This document shows, in pieces, positions 1-11,769 of a stretch of DNA of 64,000 nt. The notes beneath the pieces are model-generated. The model had not been told where the DNA came from. It did not search any database and saw nothing but the letters and a program-made list of their open reading frames with translations. The translations under genes and the position numbers were made by a program. This DNA is from Macrostomum hystrix. Taxonomy: Eukaryota > Animalia > Platyhelminthes. The DNA lies in contig CATNEN010000014.1 of the NCBI GenBank assembly GCA_950097015.1, forward strand, positions 186,001-250,000, read 5' to 3'. Each line of letters begins with the position of its first letter. Position 1 is the first letter of the stretch.

Positions 1-3000
1 CATCATATTCCTAATCATTTCTATACTTGTGATGCCCAACGGTAAGTTCGTTAGCTTCTCTCTATCTATTCGCAGGGGGCCCGGGGCACTTGTCGCACAA
101 GCGACGGAGCGGCACGCCCCCAGACCGGCGCTTAGCGCCCATCGCGCCGCCTCCCCTGAGCAGGCACCACACACAGCAGCACAGACCAGCCGGTGAGGGC
201 AGGAGGCACCCAGAATAGGCAGCAGTGCCCCCACCTCAGCCCCACACACACAGAGCAGACCAAGCCGGGGCGGAAGGCTGATAAGAAATCGTGACTTGAA
301 AGGAGAATCGAACTAGCGTCCATTGGAGTGAGAGGCAGCGACGCTAGCTGCTGACCCACTCGCCCCCAAGTTCGTTAGCTTTGCACTATTGTTATTACAT
401 ATGTGATCTAAAGTATTTAAAGTTCTAAAGTATTTGTTTTTTAACAAAATCTAATCTATCTAATTACATTGAAACCTGACTTCGGCCTCTTCAAGGTCCA
501 TTCAATCGGCCTCATCCAGCAGTCTGGAGAATTGTGTTTGGTGAGCTACTAGATTTCGAATGGCGATTTCAAAAGCAGAGCCTGCTTAAGCCAAGTTACT
601 GAAAGCATGCCAGATTTTATTTGCCTTAACATGTGTTGTATTGCGCCTTTGTTTAGACACCAGGCGGCAGTGCGGCATACTAAAACAGACGGTAACATCC
701 AAAACTGCTTTGTTTTCCTCTGCCGTTACGCATCTCTGCGTTTTTACTTGTTAACAGAAGCAGCCTGACCAAAGTGGACACTCCACACTCCAATTTTGAT
801 ACAGCTCCTGATTAAAGCTCTTAATCTGAGATGGTTTATGCGAGTTTACCTGTATTGTGGCGCGAGTTTAACTAATTATTGTAGCGAAATTCATATACGT
901 CACCTAGCTAGGGACTGATGCTTTTCGGCTTGCTTATCAACTTGATGGTTTTGCTTGTCATTATCATTTCAATTTTTTACCTGAAGTGTTCAGTTAGTCA
1001 CTCATTTTCTCCTTCACTGTTAAGGTATGTGCGTGCATCTAAAATGATGTTTCTGACGGTCGTTACAGAAAGAACAACTAAACAACTGTGCAACACAAAC
1101 GCTTAGATGGCTTTTATCTAAGCAATATGTTTTCTGGAAAAATTATAGGCTACCGGGTACTACTAAGAGCTCACAGATCACGAGACCAAGTTGTGCTTTA
1201 CCTCCTGAGTCTTGGATTTTTATTTTACAATCAGCTATTAGTCGGTGACCGCGTTCTACTGATTACTTGTTAGTGTAGTCGCTGACTTTCTTACTTGTGC
1301 CGCAACTGAAACTTCAGCTTTGTCATTTTACTAAAATTCTTCGCTGATTGTTAAACTACAATTTGCTCAGGTGTGTTACTTGACTTTTCTGAAAACCCTT
1401 GTCGATTGTCCTTAACCCAAAACAATTGGTTCAGTGGCAGAAGGACAGATTAGAAATTATGTTTCAGATTTTACAGTGCTAAAAAAGAACATGCTATTGA
1501 CTCATTAATACACCTTTTTACATTTTTTACCGAACTCTATTTCAAAGAAACAATCGGAAGTTCATTTCAGACATTGCGATAAGGCTTATGTTTGCGGAAA
1601 TCCAATCGAAACAAGCTTCCTTTCTTTCAATTCAGTCAAATAAATCATGACGAGCAAAGCAGACGCGTTTGTTTATAGTTGCTTGGAAGTCTAGACATGG
1701 AAGGAGATGATCATGGGCTGTGAGGACGCTTTCAATGAGGAAGAAGGCGGGGAAACGTAATAAGCGAAATGGCGCTAAGGCTCACTAGCACCGGACGTAC
1801 AAGGTCAGTGGCAGCAACAGAGCTAGGCGCATAGGTACTTTTCATAGAAGGTAGGACTTTGCTGCTATCGCTCGACAGCTAGAGATCAAGCGAACAACGG
1901 CTTGCAAATTGTGCGATCTGATATAGTGTAGAAAGGTAAAAAGCCAGACCCAGACGAATCCAGTGAGATAGGGATATGCAGAAGTTGATTTGTGCTCAGG
2001 AGTGCAGGTCAAATCCGTTCATCACACGGAAGTAACTGAGTCTTGCGCCAAAACCTCATGTCACTGTGAAGACGATTGGCATTTGTAGTGGCCTTTTTAT
2101 CGTCTAATGTTTCTTTTGATCTTCTAAAATGAACCCGTGCGTCAGGTGCATTAAGGACGTGTTACCAGGGACTCAATGGTTGACTAAATTGAAAGGACTC
2201 TCTGAAAGGAAATGTTGTTTCAACTAAATTTCCGCAAGCAGACAGCCTTATCGCAGTGTCTGAAATGAAATTCCGATTGTTTAATTGTTTGAGGTAAAAC
2301 GCAAGCGTTCTAGTTTATCTAGGATGTTATTTGTTTCGTTAGAGCAAGCTAGAGCAAGAGTAGCTTGTATATTGTACACAGCAGTAATTATGATAGGTTA
2401 TCGGGTAAAATATATTCTCAATCACTAGAAGTGGATTGGTTAGAACGATATTTCAGCTGTACGAGTAACTGCCACTGCAGATTTTTAATTACAAATATTT
2501 GTAAGATTGGTTTCATTGTGTCTAGCCTTTATCATACTCTAGGCAGCTTCCCTCCTATTCGGCCTTATGTCCTCTGCAAACTGATAATTGCTAGTTTACT
2601 TGGCACACTTCAAACAAACGATGGTGCGTCTCATTCGAATTAATTCTGGCATAGTTATACACGAGTCTTTTAACTGACTTGCCGCTCCGCAGGCATCAGC
2701 GTGTTGTACTTTCTGGTCATGGCCTTCGTCTGCTTTTTGAGCTACGATGATGCGAGACGCGCGCTGCACTTTATGTACCCAGACCTACAAAAGATGACAA
2801 TTGACGACATTCTTGACAAAGTAAGGCAACAAGAATTACGTTTACACAAAATCAATTCATTTGATAACAAGTGTGGGCGAGCCTTTAACAGTGAAAAGAC
2901 CACGCTATTTTCCCCTGGGAAGATCACAGGGGTATTTCAAATACCCATGACAAGTGTGGGCGAGCCTTTAACAGTAGAAAGACCACGCTATTTTCCCTTG

Positions 3001-6000
3001 GGAAGATCACGGGTATTTCAAATACCAATGACAAGTGTGGGCGAGCCTTTAACAGTGAAAAGACCACGCTATTTTCCCCTGGGAAGATCACAGGGCTATT
3101 TCAAATACCCATGACAAGTGTGGGCGAGCCTTTAACAGTGAAAAGACCACGCTATTTTCCCCTGGGAAGATCACAGAGGTATTTCAAATACCCACTGCCT
3201 ACTTCACGATGGCTAAAAAAATTAATGACCGATTTTAGTGAAAGTCCACCATCTGAATCAAAATTTTCCACCCTTTACAATTAATTAATTTTCAAAGACC
3301 CTTGTGGCCAAGACAACTAACTTTGCTCTGAATAAACCTCTATGTGGAATCCATAGTACTTAAAAAATGAAAAAAATTAATCAATCCAAAATAGTAAAAA
3401 ATGATAGCCGACATAGTTACATGATTAAGAAAGAAATGAGAAAGCCAGAGAAGCCAGCAGAAAATATTCCTTTTTGGTGGTTTTAGCCACCAGACTCACC
3501 GACGAGAATCGTTGAATATCTTGACGTGCCGATGTTTCGTGATGCTGAAAGTTTTCCATCGGCGAGATACGCGCTAAATTTAGTCCTTGCTATGAATTTT
3601 CATGGTGATTGAATTAATATTTCAGGTGATACAGTATTCGAAATACCCCCAGTGGTCTTTCGACTGTTAACGAACTTAGTTTCTGAATTAATATTTCAGG
3701 TGATACCGTATTCGAAATACCCCCAGTGGTCTTTCTACAGTTAACAAACTTTGCGCCTGAATTAATATTTCAGGTGATACAGTATTCGAAATACCCCCAG
3801 TGGTCTTTCTACAGTTAACAAACTTTGCGCCTGAATTAATATTTTAGGTGATACAGTATTCGAAATACCCCCAGTGGTCTTTCGACTGTTAACGAACTTA
3901 GTTTCTGAATTAATATTTCAGGTGATACCGTATTCGAAATACCCCCAGTGGTCTTTCTACAGTTAACAAACTTTGCGCCTGAATTAATATTTCAGGTGAT
4001 ACAGTATTCGAAATACCCCCAGTGGTCTTTCTACAGTTAACAAACTTTGCGCCTGAATTAATATTTTAGGTGATACAGTATTCGAAATACCCCCAGTGGT
4101 CTTTCTACAGTTAACAAACTTTGCGCCTGAATTAATATTTCAGGTGATACAGTATTCGAAATACCCCCAGTGGTCTTTCGACTGTTAACGGACTTTGCGC
4201 CTGATGTATTTAAATAGACCTGTTTAGAAGATTCAAACAATGCATACGTCTGTTAAAAATATTAGAAAAATGTCGCAATGCTTCACTTACAATGTCTTCA
4301 AGCTTGCTTATCAACTTAGTGCGATATTTGTGCAAATAAAAAAGTGTCCTGAAAAAACCTAGATTACATTCAATTATTGAAAGTGCATTGTAATAAGTTT
4401 TCCCAGCTCGTTTTAGCGTCCCTCATCCCATTTTCGACTTGCAAACATAAGCGTGCTGTAGGTCAAGCACGCTAAAAAGGAAGAGAGAATAAAGATGTTA
4501 TAGATAAAGAGGAAATCGTAGGGAAATGTCTGACCGATGAGAAGCCGGTCATGAACTTTAGGCGTTTGCAGTCAGGCGCTTGTCGTAAACGAATCCTCGT
4601 GCAAGTGCTCAACTTCAGAGCTTTGCCTACGCACTTTATCTGACAGGACTACGCCGTAAACTGCTCAGAGGTGACGTTATCACGCATATACGCCCACTTG
4701 GATGGGTTCGCCGTAGCGCACCTATTCGGGTGGGTGATGAAGGCTGTCCTGTTGCGCCACTATGGCTTGGCCTGGCTACTGTCCGTCAACTGGGAAATCA
4801 CGGAGCTGGCCTTCTCCCACATCTTGCCCAACTTCCGCGAGTGCTGGTGGGACATTGTGCTTTTAGACGTGTTGCTGTGTAACGGGCTGGGTATCTACCT
4901 GGGCATGCAGTTGTGCAAGTGGCTGGAGATGCGCAGCTACCATTGGGAAAGCATCCGGTGAGCGACCTTACCTGACTGCGAAAGTCGGATGCGTACCCTT
5001 TGTTTACTTTCCTAGCTGTTTAAGATTAATAATTGCAGCATATGTGCTGTACATAAAAGGAAAATTAAACGCTCTTGTTGTTTATTAGGTCAATTAATTC
5101 TACCACCGGCAAGATCAAACGAGCGTTCTTTCAGTTTACGCCTGGCAGGTTAGTACCCTCTCATTTGCACTCTGCATTGATTCAGCTGTTGCTTTCAGGT
5201 TAGGGTTATTTTTCGCTAAAATTCTCCACTACTGCAGCTGGACTCCCACTCGTTGGCTGGACCCCGAGAGCTCTTTTATGCGTGTCATTGCTGTGTCCAT
5301 CCTAGTGGTTATGACCCAGCTGGCCGAGCTCAACTGCTTCTTCCTGAAGCACATCTTCCTGGTCAAGCCCAGCCACCCCACCACACTGGGCCGGCTGGTT
5401 CTCATCTCTGCCATCAGCGCTCCGGCTATCAGGTGAGCTGCACCTTCTGAGCCAAAACTGTCGAAGCTGTTGTTTGGTTTCCACGGTATGCTGAATGCTT
5501 CCCAGAAACCATACGAGCTCCTAAACGTGCTCACTTCAGGCAGTACTATTTGTACGTGACGGATCCTCTTGTCACACGAGTCGGTACTCAGCTCTGGGTA
5601 TTCGTGTAAGTTCTCGGCATATTTTTGCTTTTCTGACTGATCTGCCGTCCTCACATCACTGGACAGTATATCCAAGGATCCCATTTCTCATGCACAGAGC
5701 TGTGGTGGTGACCGAAGCCATAGTTTGTCTGAAGTTCGGCCGTCACTTCTTTGAGAAAACCGTCATGCTGAACATTTTTCTGTGGATTTTCTACTCGGCG
5801 AGTATTTTCATGAATAGAAAATGTATATGCATAGAATATGCGTTAACAAGGTGGTCTCTAGCAAGAAAAATTTTTCAAGCTATCTTTAGCTGACCACTCA
5901 TATCGAGCTCCACTGACCTTTCCACTCGCAGATCATGTCCTCCTTCTTCATCGTGTTCCTCTGCGTGTTCGTAGCCAAGGCCCGCAGCAGTCGGCGCATT

Positions 6001-6066
6001 GAAGCCAGGGCGAACGATGGTGCGGCACATAACTGCCGCATTTCAGATGGGAAAAAGCGCTTGTAA
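1..6066 (+). CDS. PTDSS1: Phosphatidylserine synthase (PTDSS1-like), 5'-incomplete, spliced. Exons 1-41, 496-540, 2693-2820, 4647-4957, 5089-5148, 5238-5432, 5540-5605, 5698-5797, 5932-6066
   Basis: Exon phases join into one frame: ...[29 protein letters not shown]...DYAVNC...HLFGWVMKA...NWEITEL...PNFRECWWD...LLCNGLG...[14 protein letters not shown]...[13 protein letters not shown]...[10 protein letters not shown]...KKRL*. This matches the recalled PSS-family motifs (PNGPFxRPHP, WExTEL, PNFxECWWD, ELNxFFLKH). All introns are GT-AG except the last (GC-AG). Confidence 0.95.
58..367 (-). mobile_element. tRNA-derived SINE, about 310 bp, in PTDSS1 intron
   Basis: 14-bp direct repeat AAGTTCGTTAGCTT at 44-57 and 368-381 (TSD). 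On the minus strand it begins GGGGCGAGTGGGTCAGCAGCTAGCG...GCCTCTCAC...GTTCGATTC (tRNA-like head with B box), followed by a GC-rich body and a short AATAGATAGAGAG tail. Confidence 0.8.
2868..3193. repeat. Tandem array A, about 82-bp unit x4
   Basis: CAAGTGTGGGCGAGCCTTTAACAGTGAAAAGACCAC...GGGTATTTCAAATACCCATGA recurs at 2868, 2951, 3032 and 3115. Each unit contains a near-perfect palindrome GGGTATTTcAAATACCC. Confidence 0.95.
3610..4203. repeat. Tandem array B, 74-bp unit x8
   Basis: TGAATTAATATTTCAGGTGATACAGTATTCGAAATACCCCCAGTGGTCTTTC... starts at 3610, 3684, 3758, 3832 and so on. Variant units suggest a 3-unit higher-order duplication. Confidence 0.95.
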
Positions 6067-6843
6067 TGTCAATACTTTTCATAGCCTGACTCGGAGGACT
6101 ATTGTGTCAAGCATCAAAGACATTCTATTATCTAGCTGTGATTATGACTGTGTTAGCCTCTCGTGTAGGAAGACTCTATCTATTATTTGCCATCGGCTAT
6201 TATTAAGTTCAATTAGTGTTCCTACACCAAGATGTAGTAGCGTATGACTATGATAAGAACCTCAACATCGAAGATTCATTAGCAGCTGCAAGAAGATGCG
6301 TTTGGAAATCAAGTTCTGTCGCAGTCGATTGTCATCGGTGCGCCTGATTAAGAAAAATAGACTGTGTAGTCAACTGAGGATGTCGCAAACGGGTCGACCA
6401 AGAGAATCACAAAGCTACCATCATCTGGTTCAGCGACTATTGAGACCAAAGGGCGATGTACATGAATGGATTTGAACTGATATTCCTTATCGTAACTGTG
6501 CAGTGTAGCTACAAAAATGGGTCCTTACCAGCTCACGTGCACAGTCGGTAGAGAGTTTTTTTATTATTAAAAATTTTTAGGAAAGGGAGTAGTTACAACT
6601 CACATCTAAAATGAGCTGGATGTGCTGTTTGCTGATGCATTCCGACAAGTTGACTGCACACACCATGGGCTGCTGACTAACTCATGTGTGTCTAGAGTAG
6701 CTCGGAATTCTTGATTTTGTTGCTCATGTGGCTCATACTGTTTCGAGCTACGATGCAAGTTTTTCTTTAGTCATTGCTGCCTTGATAGCTTAGGTCAGAC
6801 TTCTGGCTGGCTTGCGAGCTCAGGCAGCTGGGTTCGAGTTGAT

Positions 6844-8301
6844 AACAACAACAACAACAAAGGACGCCGAAGCCAAAGGGGCTGCCGTCAAAAGGCACGT
6901 GCAAGAGCAGAGTGGCGCAGAATTGTCAGTCCGCGGGGGTCGGAGATTCCAGCGTCAGTCAGTAGCAGTTCAGGGTAGCGTAGCGCCCTCGCCTGACCAC
7001 GCCGCCAGGGCCCCCGCAGGGAAAGCAGCTGCACGTCCTGCAGTGGCTCGGGCAGCGCTGCTCCGCACGAATGGCGTAGCCAGCCAGCTGCAGGCGCTGG
7101 ATGCGCAGCAGCTGACTTGGCCGGCAGAGCTGGGCCCGGTGATAGAGCTCATCGTTGCTGGTGTTGGTGACGGCAGTCGGCGAATAGTGGACGCCGAAGG
7201 CGGCTCGCAGGAGTCCGGCTCCTGCACAATGTGGTCCAGCTGTGCGAGTCTTTTTGTGGCAAACTTTCAACTGGCGTTCCTGGTCGGGCGCTTGCATCCA
7301 GTGAACGTTGCCAGCCTCACAGCTGGTTTCCTAAAGAGTGTGTTCGCTGAGACCAGATCGTACCGGTCCGCGAAATCCATTAGTGCACAGTGTTGTTGTT
7401 TTCGCGCGGGGTGACAAAGAGAGCTCGTTCAGACTTTCGCATAACAGCGTTGAGGTCTCCAAGCACCAGCACTGAGTCACGCTGAGCAACCGCCTCCAGT
7501 TGCGCCGAGAGGAACTCCAGAAATTGACGGTGCTCTATCGGGTGCGCAGCTGTGGGTGCATAGGCACGGAATAAGTGAATATTACGGGTGCGGAGACGAA
7601 GGTCGACTCGTAGTAGTCTTGGCGATAAGCTTTTGCATCGAAAACATTTCTGTAGCCGTGGGCTGGTGAGGACACCAACTACTCCTCGGCCATTTGCGTC
7701 TGCTGAAGTGAACTGAAGGAGCCAGCCCGCCACCGAGGTGCTCCTGATGGAGCCCCGGATCGGTTTTAATAGAGAGCTCCTGCAGCATTACAATTTCTAG
7801 ATGCAGATCGGTAGCTAATTTTGCCAGTAGATGTTGCCTCCAACCTGCTCGCAGAGTCCGGCAGTTTGAAGTCGCGACTCTTAGTTGTTGTTTCTGTTTA
7901 TACAGCGTGCAATTTGGTTCAGCTTGGATCCGTTGGTTGTGGACCTCGTGGTCCCCGGCGCCACCCGGAGGAACCGTACCACTGCGCATAGAGGTTCTGC
8001 CAGCAGTGCGACGCTCGCAGGCACGGTGTCGGCCACGGCAGTTTCACTCGTGGCGTCGTTCAATACGCCGACGCACACTGCGTTGTCCTCGTCTGCAGGG
8101 TGGTGTGCCGCTCTTGGCAGCCGCAGCAGGTGCGCGGCTCTCCGTTGAGGCCTTGGTACGCAATTCCATTGTTGGAGCAGGCATTGGCACCAGGAGGCGG
8201 CGGCGCTATTCAAACGCAGTAGCGTTTAAATAGACTGCAGCTTTAAATAGACTGCAACTTAAAAAAGACTGCAACTTTAAATAGACTGCAACTTTGATGA
8301 A
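6844..8301 (-). mobile_element. Internally deleted RTE-like non-LTR retrotransposon: 5'UTR, AP endonuclease, post-RT C-terminal segment and (TTG)n tail; RT absent; frameshifted
   Basis: APE motifs LRVATSNCRTL, MLQEL, AYAPT, VLGDLNA, DLVSANTLF and QLDHIV lie across frameshifts near 7725 and 7385. They are followed directly by LLRAAFGV..TNTSNDELY..RLQLAGYAIR, typical of the RTE ORF2 C-terminus. (AAC)n at about 6844-6860 is the 3' tail. 8-bp TSD GAGTTGAT at 6836-6843 and 8302-8309. Confidence 0.85.
8226..8294. repeat. 17-bp tandem repeat x4 in the 5' UTR of the RTE-like element
   Basis: TAAATAGACTGCAACTT-like units repeated four times at the element 5' end. Confidence 0.8.
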
Positions 8302-10856
8302 GAGTTGATGAAGGGCACCTAGTCTGAGTTCGCTTATATTTGCTTAGGCCGACTGCCGAGTGAATCGAAAAAATAATTTTTATCAACACAAGCATAATAA
8401 TGCTCTTAGTCGGTTGATTATTACTCTTTGGTTCTGGCTTGTTATCGCTTTTTAGTTTAATCGACTGTGTTGTATTTGTTATTCGTTAATATGCTTCTGA
8501 CGTTTCTAGCACCAGAGTTTACATCGTTTTGCGCAACGTCACTCACTACCCTGCACTCAAGCTTTAAAGATTTGTTTATTTTGTTATTCTGAGCCAGAAT
8601 CAGTAGCCGAATACGTTAAACTTTTTATGTATCATTACCAACAGATATTCCTAATTTGTATGTCTTTAGTGTCACAGTTGCAGTACCTTAAAAACTTTTT
8701 ACAATTTTCTAGCCATCAGCTTTTTTCAACGAACGCACAACTCTACTCTAATTTTCGCAGTAGGAATGGCAGTATTTTCTCATACTTCTCCTCTATTGTA
8801 TTAGCACCGCTCTCCTACTGGTCTGCGGCATTAGGCCGTTGTTTTTCGAGTTCGTGCATTTCTTCTACCGCTGCACTTGTTTTCGAATTTGGGGATTTTT
8901 ACTGACTTTTTGCCTCCGGCTTTAACGGTTGTGCTTGCGCGCCGCTTTTGTTTCTATGAGCCCCGGGACTTGATCCCGCCCTAGATTCCCAAATTTTCAC
9001 TGACCATGTGTTCCTACTGCACTTTGGTACTCTTGCTATCCATTCACTACATTTACCTACATTCTTTTTCCTGAGCTGGAGATCGTTGCTGCAAGCTGGA
9101 TTCTGATATTTCTGCAAGCATGTTAATCATATGCAATTAAAACACTTTTTTATCTGTTTGAGACAGTGCAAGTTGAGGTTGTCTCCAAAACGACTACCCG
9201 ATAGCCACCCCTAAACTCATTCAGTTGCAATAGAGCTGCGCCTCAAAGAGATCTGTATCTGTTAAAGTGGCATATCGCTTCCACTTCAGTTCTTTGGTTT
9301 GCGTAGCTCCTTTCATTATTCGGCAATATGCTTGACTACTACGAGTCAGTCGCTTACTCGTAATCGCTGGTATTACGTCACAAATGTCAGTTAACCGTAT
9401 TATTATATTACCAGCACTCTTCTAAAGCTTTTTCTTTTCATTTTCAAAGCAAAGCTATTATTGACTAAATTAATGTGTCCTGGCTTTGGCTTTGAAATTA
9501 TTTGTGCACTCTTTATCTAGTCTAAGTGTCTTCAGCGTCTCTATTCTAACTAAAAGAACCCTTAGGGCTGACAGTGTGTTCCTTAAGCTGCCCCAGGCTA
9601 AACTTCCGACGTCTGTGTCGTTTGTATCATTTTTTCTAGTCCAAGAGTCAGACTAGACCGAAGAAATGCTCTTCAATTTTGCTTTTCCGTTACGGCACAA
9701 ATGATTATGTGGCTGAAGTCAAAAGTAGAATAGACAGTAGCAGAGACATACTAGGCTATACTAAATATTATTACGAGCGTATAGTATATCAGCGGTATCT
9801 ACTGAAGCATTAGTAGGCCATAACAATAAACTCCAAATGTCATTGGACCGCTTTAATAATTGTAAGCAGCCAATTATTTTTCAACCGAATACCGACTTAA
9901 AAAAGTGCCGAATTCCTTTGCAGTCCGATGTGCTGATTGATAATAAACTTCTTTCGGTCCCTCTGTGCCAAGCGCGAACAGGAGCCGGAGGGGCCATCTG
10001 CTCGGCAGGCCAACAGCTCCGCCAGCAGTGAGAAATGCCATCTGGCTTCAGCAAAGCAGAGCCAGCGGTCGCCTGAGCCACCCGAAAAGCCAATCAACTT
10101 ATAACGAGATGGCCTATTATTGCTTAGACAATGCTACTTTGGGGTTTTAAAAAGCTGTTTTGTGCTGACTTTCTAGGACTCTTACGTGGTGATTCGCGGT
10201 GTTTAGGTTGTCGAAAATTTCATTTTGGGTTTCACTTCGGCCTAACCCAATTTACTACTCTAGCAAGCACCTGCTTTCCTTATCCTGGTTTCAGATGTCA
10301 GAATTGGTTAGTTTCTTCGAGTTCTGCAGTTGCAAATTTGTAGGTTGGGTAGCAGGTATTACGCATGTTCCCTACTCCACTGAGCATTGCAGTGGAGCTG
10401 CAGCTAAGCTGTGCACGTTTTTGCCCGATGACGGTCATACTGCCGAAAGCGCAATTGCCATAAGCGCAGGCTGTGACCCGACTATCTTTCACGTAGCTGC
10501 TGCTGCTGTTTCTGTGACTGCTTTGGCTTTATCCATCACGCTCGTAGACGTGATTGCTCCAAAAGTAAATGTTAGATCACTTACTTTATATTCACGTCTT
10601 ATTTGAAATCATTTTCATTAAATTACGTTTTAACGAGGATTTTACGACTATGTTGCATTGTATATCAGCGGCACTTTAGAAACACTCCGTTGCTAAATAC
10701 ACTCATATTCTGATTTGAACAAAGCCTTCAGTCCAGCATATTCAAGTTTTTATTCTATTCCATTCTTCTATTATTTATGCTTCTTCTAATTTCTTCTATT
10801 CTGTCATGTAGCAAATTTGAACTGTAGCATTTATAGTACAACTGCGAGCGTGGGAA

Positions 10857-11608
10857 ATTTTTTTGTGCTGCACCTGAACGGAGCAACGTAAGCACAAGAA
10901 TCACAGCAGTCAGCACAGCAGCTCTGTCTAGATAACGGTGCGTGACCACTGAAGTCGGAGATGATGCAGGCACATTCGGGTGACGTGCTGATAAATTTTA
11001 AAGGCCTGGCAAGGCCGCACTGAGGGGGGTCGGTGGCAGAGCGGTTATCGTGTTTGCCTCTCGCACCACGGTCCCTAAGTTCGATTCCACGGCGAGGCCA
11101 CATTTATTTGGGGCGCAGCCGCGGAGAGAAGGCTTGAGGGCTTGTCGTGCAATTTACGCCCTTTAGGGCCAACCTCCAAGGCACAGTGAAATGTACACTG
11201 CCTGGCGATGAGAAAGTCAGGGCAGATGTACACGCCTGTGTGAGCGTATGCCTGCGTACAGTATCTGTGTGCGTATGTGCTCAGGAGTCAGCGAAATGGG
11301 CAGAATTGCCTCCTCGCTGGCTGCGGGTCTAGTGTCACTAAATGATCTGCCACTGCCCGCAGACCTCCTGCAATTATTATTATTATTATTATATTAAGGC
11401 CGCACTGAGGCGCAGTACAAATTCGTAAATAAAATGCACTAGCTCTTTTAGGAAAAATCTGACCTTCGGCCAGAACCGATAATTATCTCGACGGTGTGAA
11501 CGTCTGGCGACTTGATTATTGTTTCAGAAGATGCGCAACAAAAAATTGGCTTTTGTTCTTCAGTTTGATGTATTTGCCTTGCTCCGTTCGGGTGCAGCAC
11601 AAATAATT
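10857..11608. mobile_element. Putative non-autonomous DNA element (MITE- or Helentron-like) defined by about 28-bp inverted repeats; carries the second SINE
   Basis: TTTGTGCTGCACCTGAACGGAGCAA (10862-10886) is the near-perfect reverse complement of TTGCTCCGTTCGGGTGCAGCACAAA (11579-11603). No clear TSD was identified. Confidence 0.5.
11026..11395 (+). mobile_element. tRNA-derived SINE, 370 bp
   Basis: 15-bp TSD AAGGCCGCACTGAGG at 11011-11025 and 11396-11410. Head GGGGTCGGTGGCAGAGCGG (A box)...GCCTCTCGC...GTTCGATTCC (B box); (ATT)n tail. Confidence 0.9.
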
Positions 11609-11769
11609 GTCTGGTTCCCCCCTGGTATAAAAAACGGGCAGCAAAAACGAATCGGTGGTCCTTACTGTTAACGTTTCACAGCAGTTCGGTTAATAAAAAA
11701 CCTTTGTTTTGGCTGTAGACAGGACCAAAAATACACAAATTTTAAGTTCAGCGTACAGTAACAAGTCCC

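Noticed and set aside
1780-2250. Possible decayed Tc1/IS630 HTH ([16 protein letters not shown])
   Set aside because: One short motif bounded by stops; no DDE domain or TIRs found.
2868-4203. CRISPR-like appearance of palindrome-containing repeats
   Set aside because: Units are contiguous near-identical tandem copies with no unique spacers, there are no cas genes, and the context is a eukaryotic intron.
8340-10640. Possible decayed LINE ORF1 (Cys clusters, coiled-coil-like stretches on the minus strand)
   Set aside because: Fragmentary with many stops; no diagnostic motif I can name with confidence.
11026-11100. Possible tRNA gene (also 295-367 on the minus strand)
   Set aside because: A and B boxes are present but the acceptor stem is poor, and each is followed by a body, tail and TSD, so they are SINE heads.
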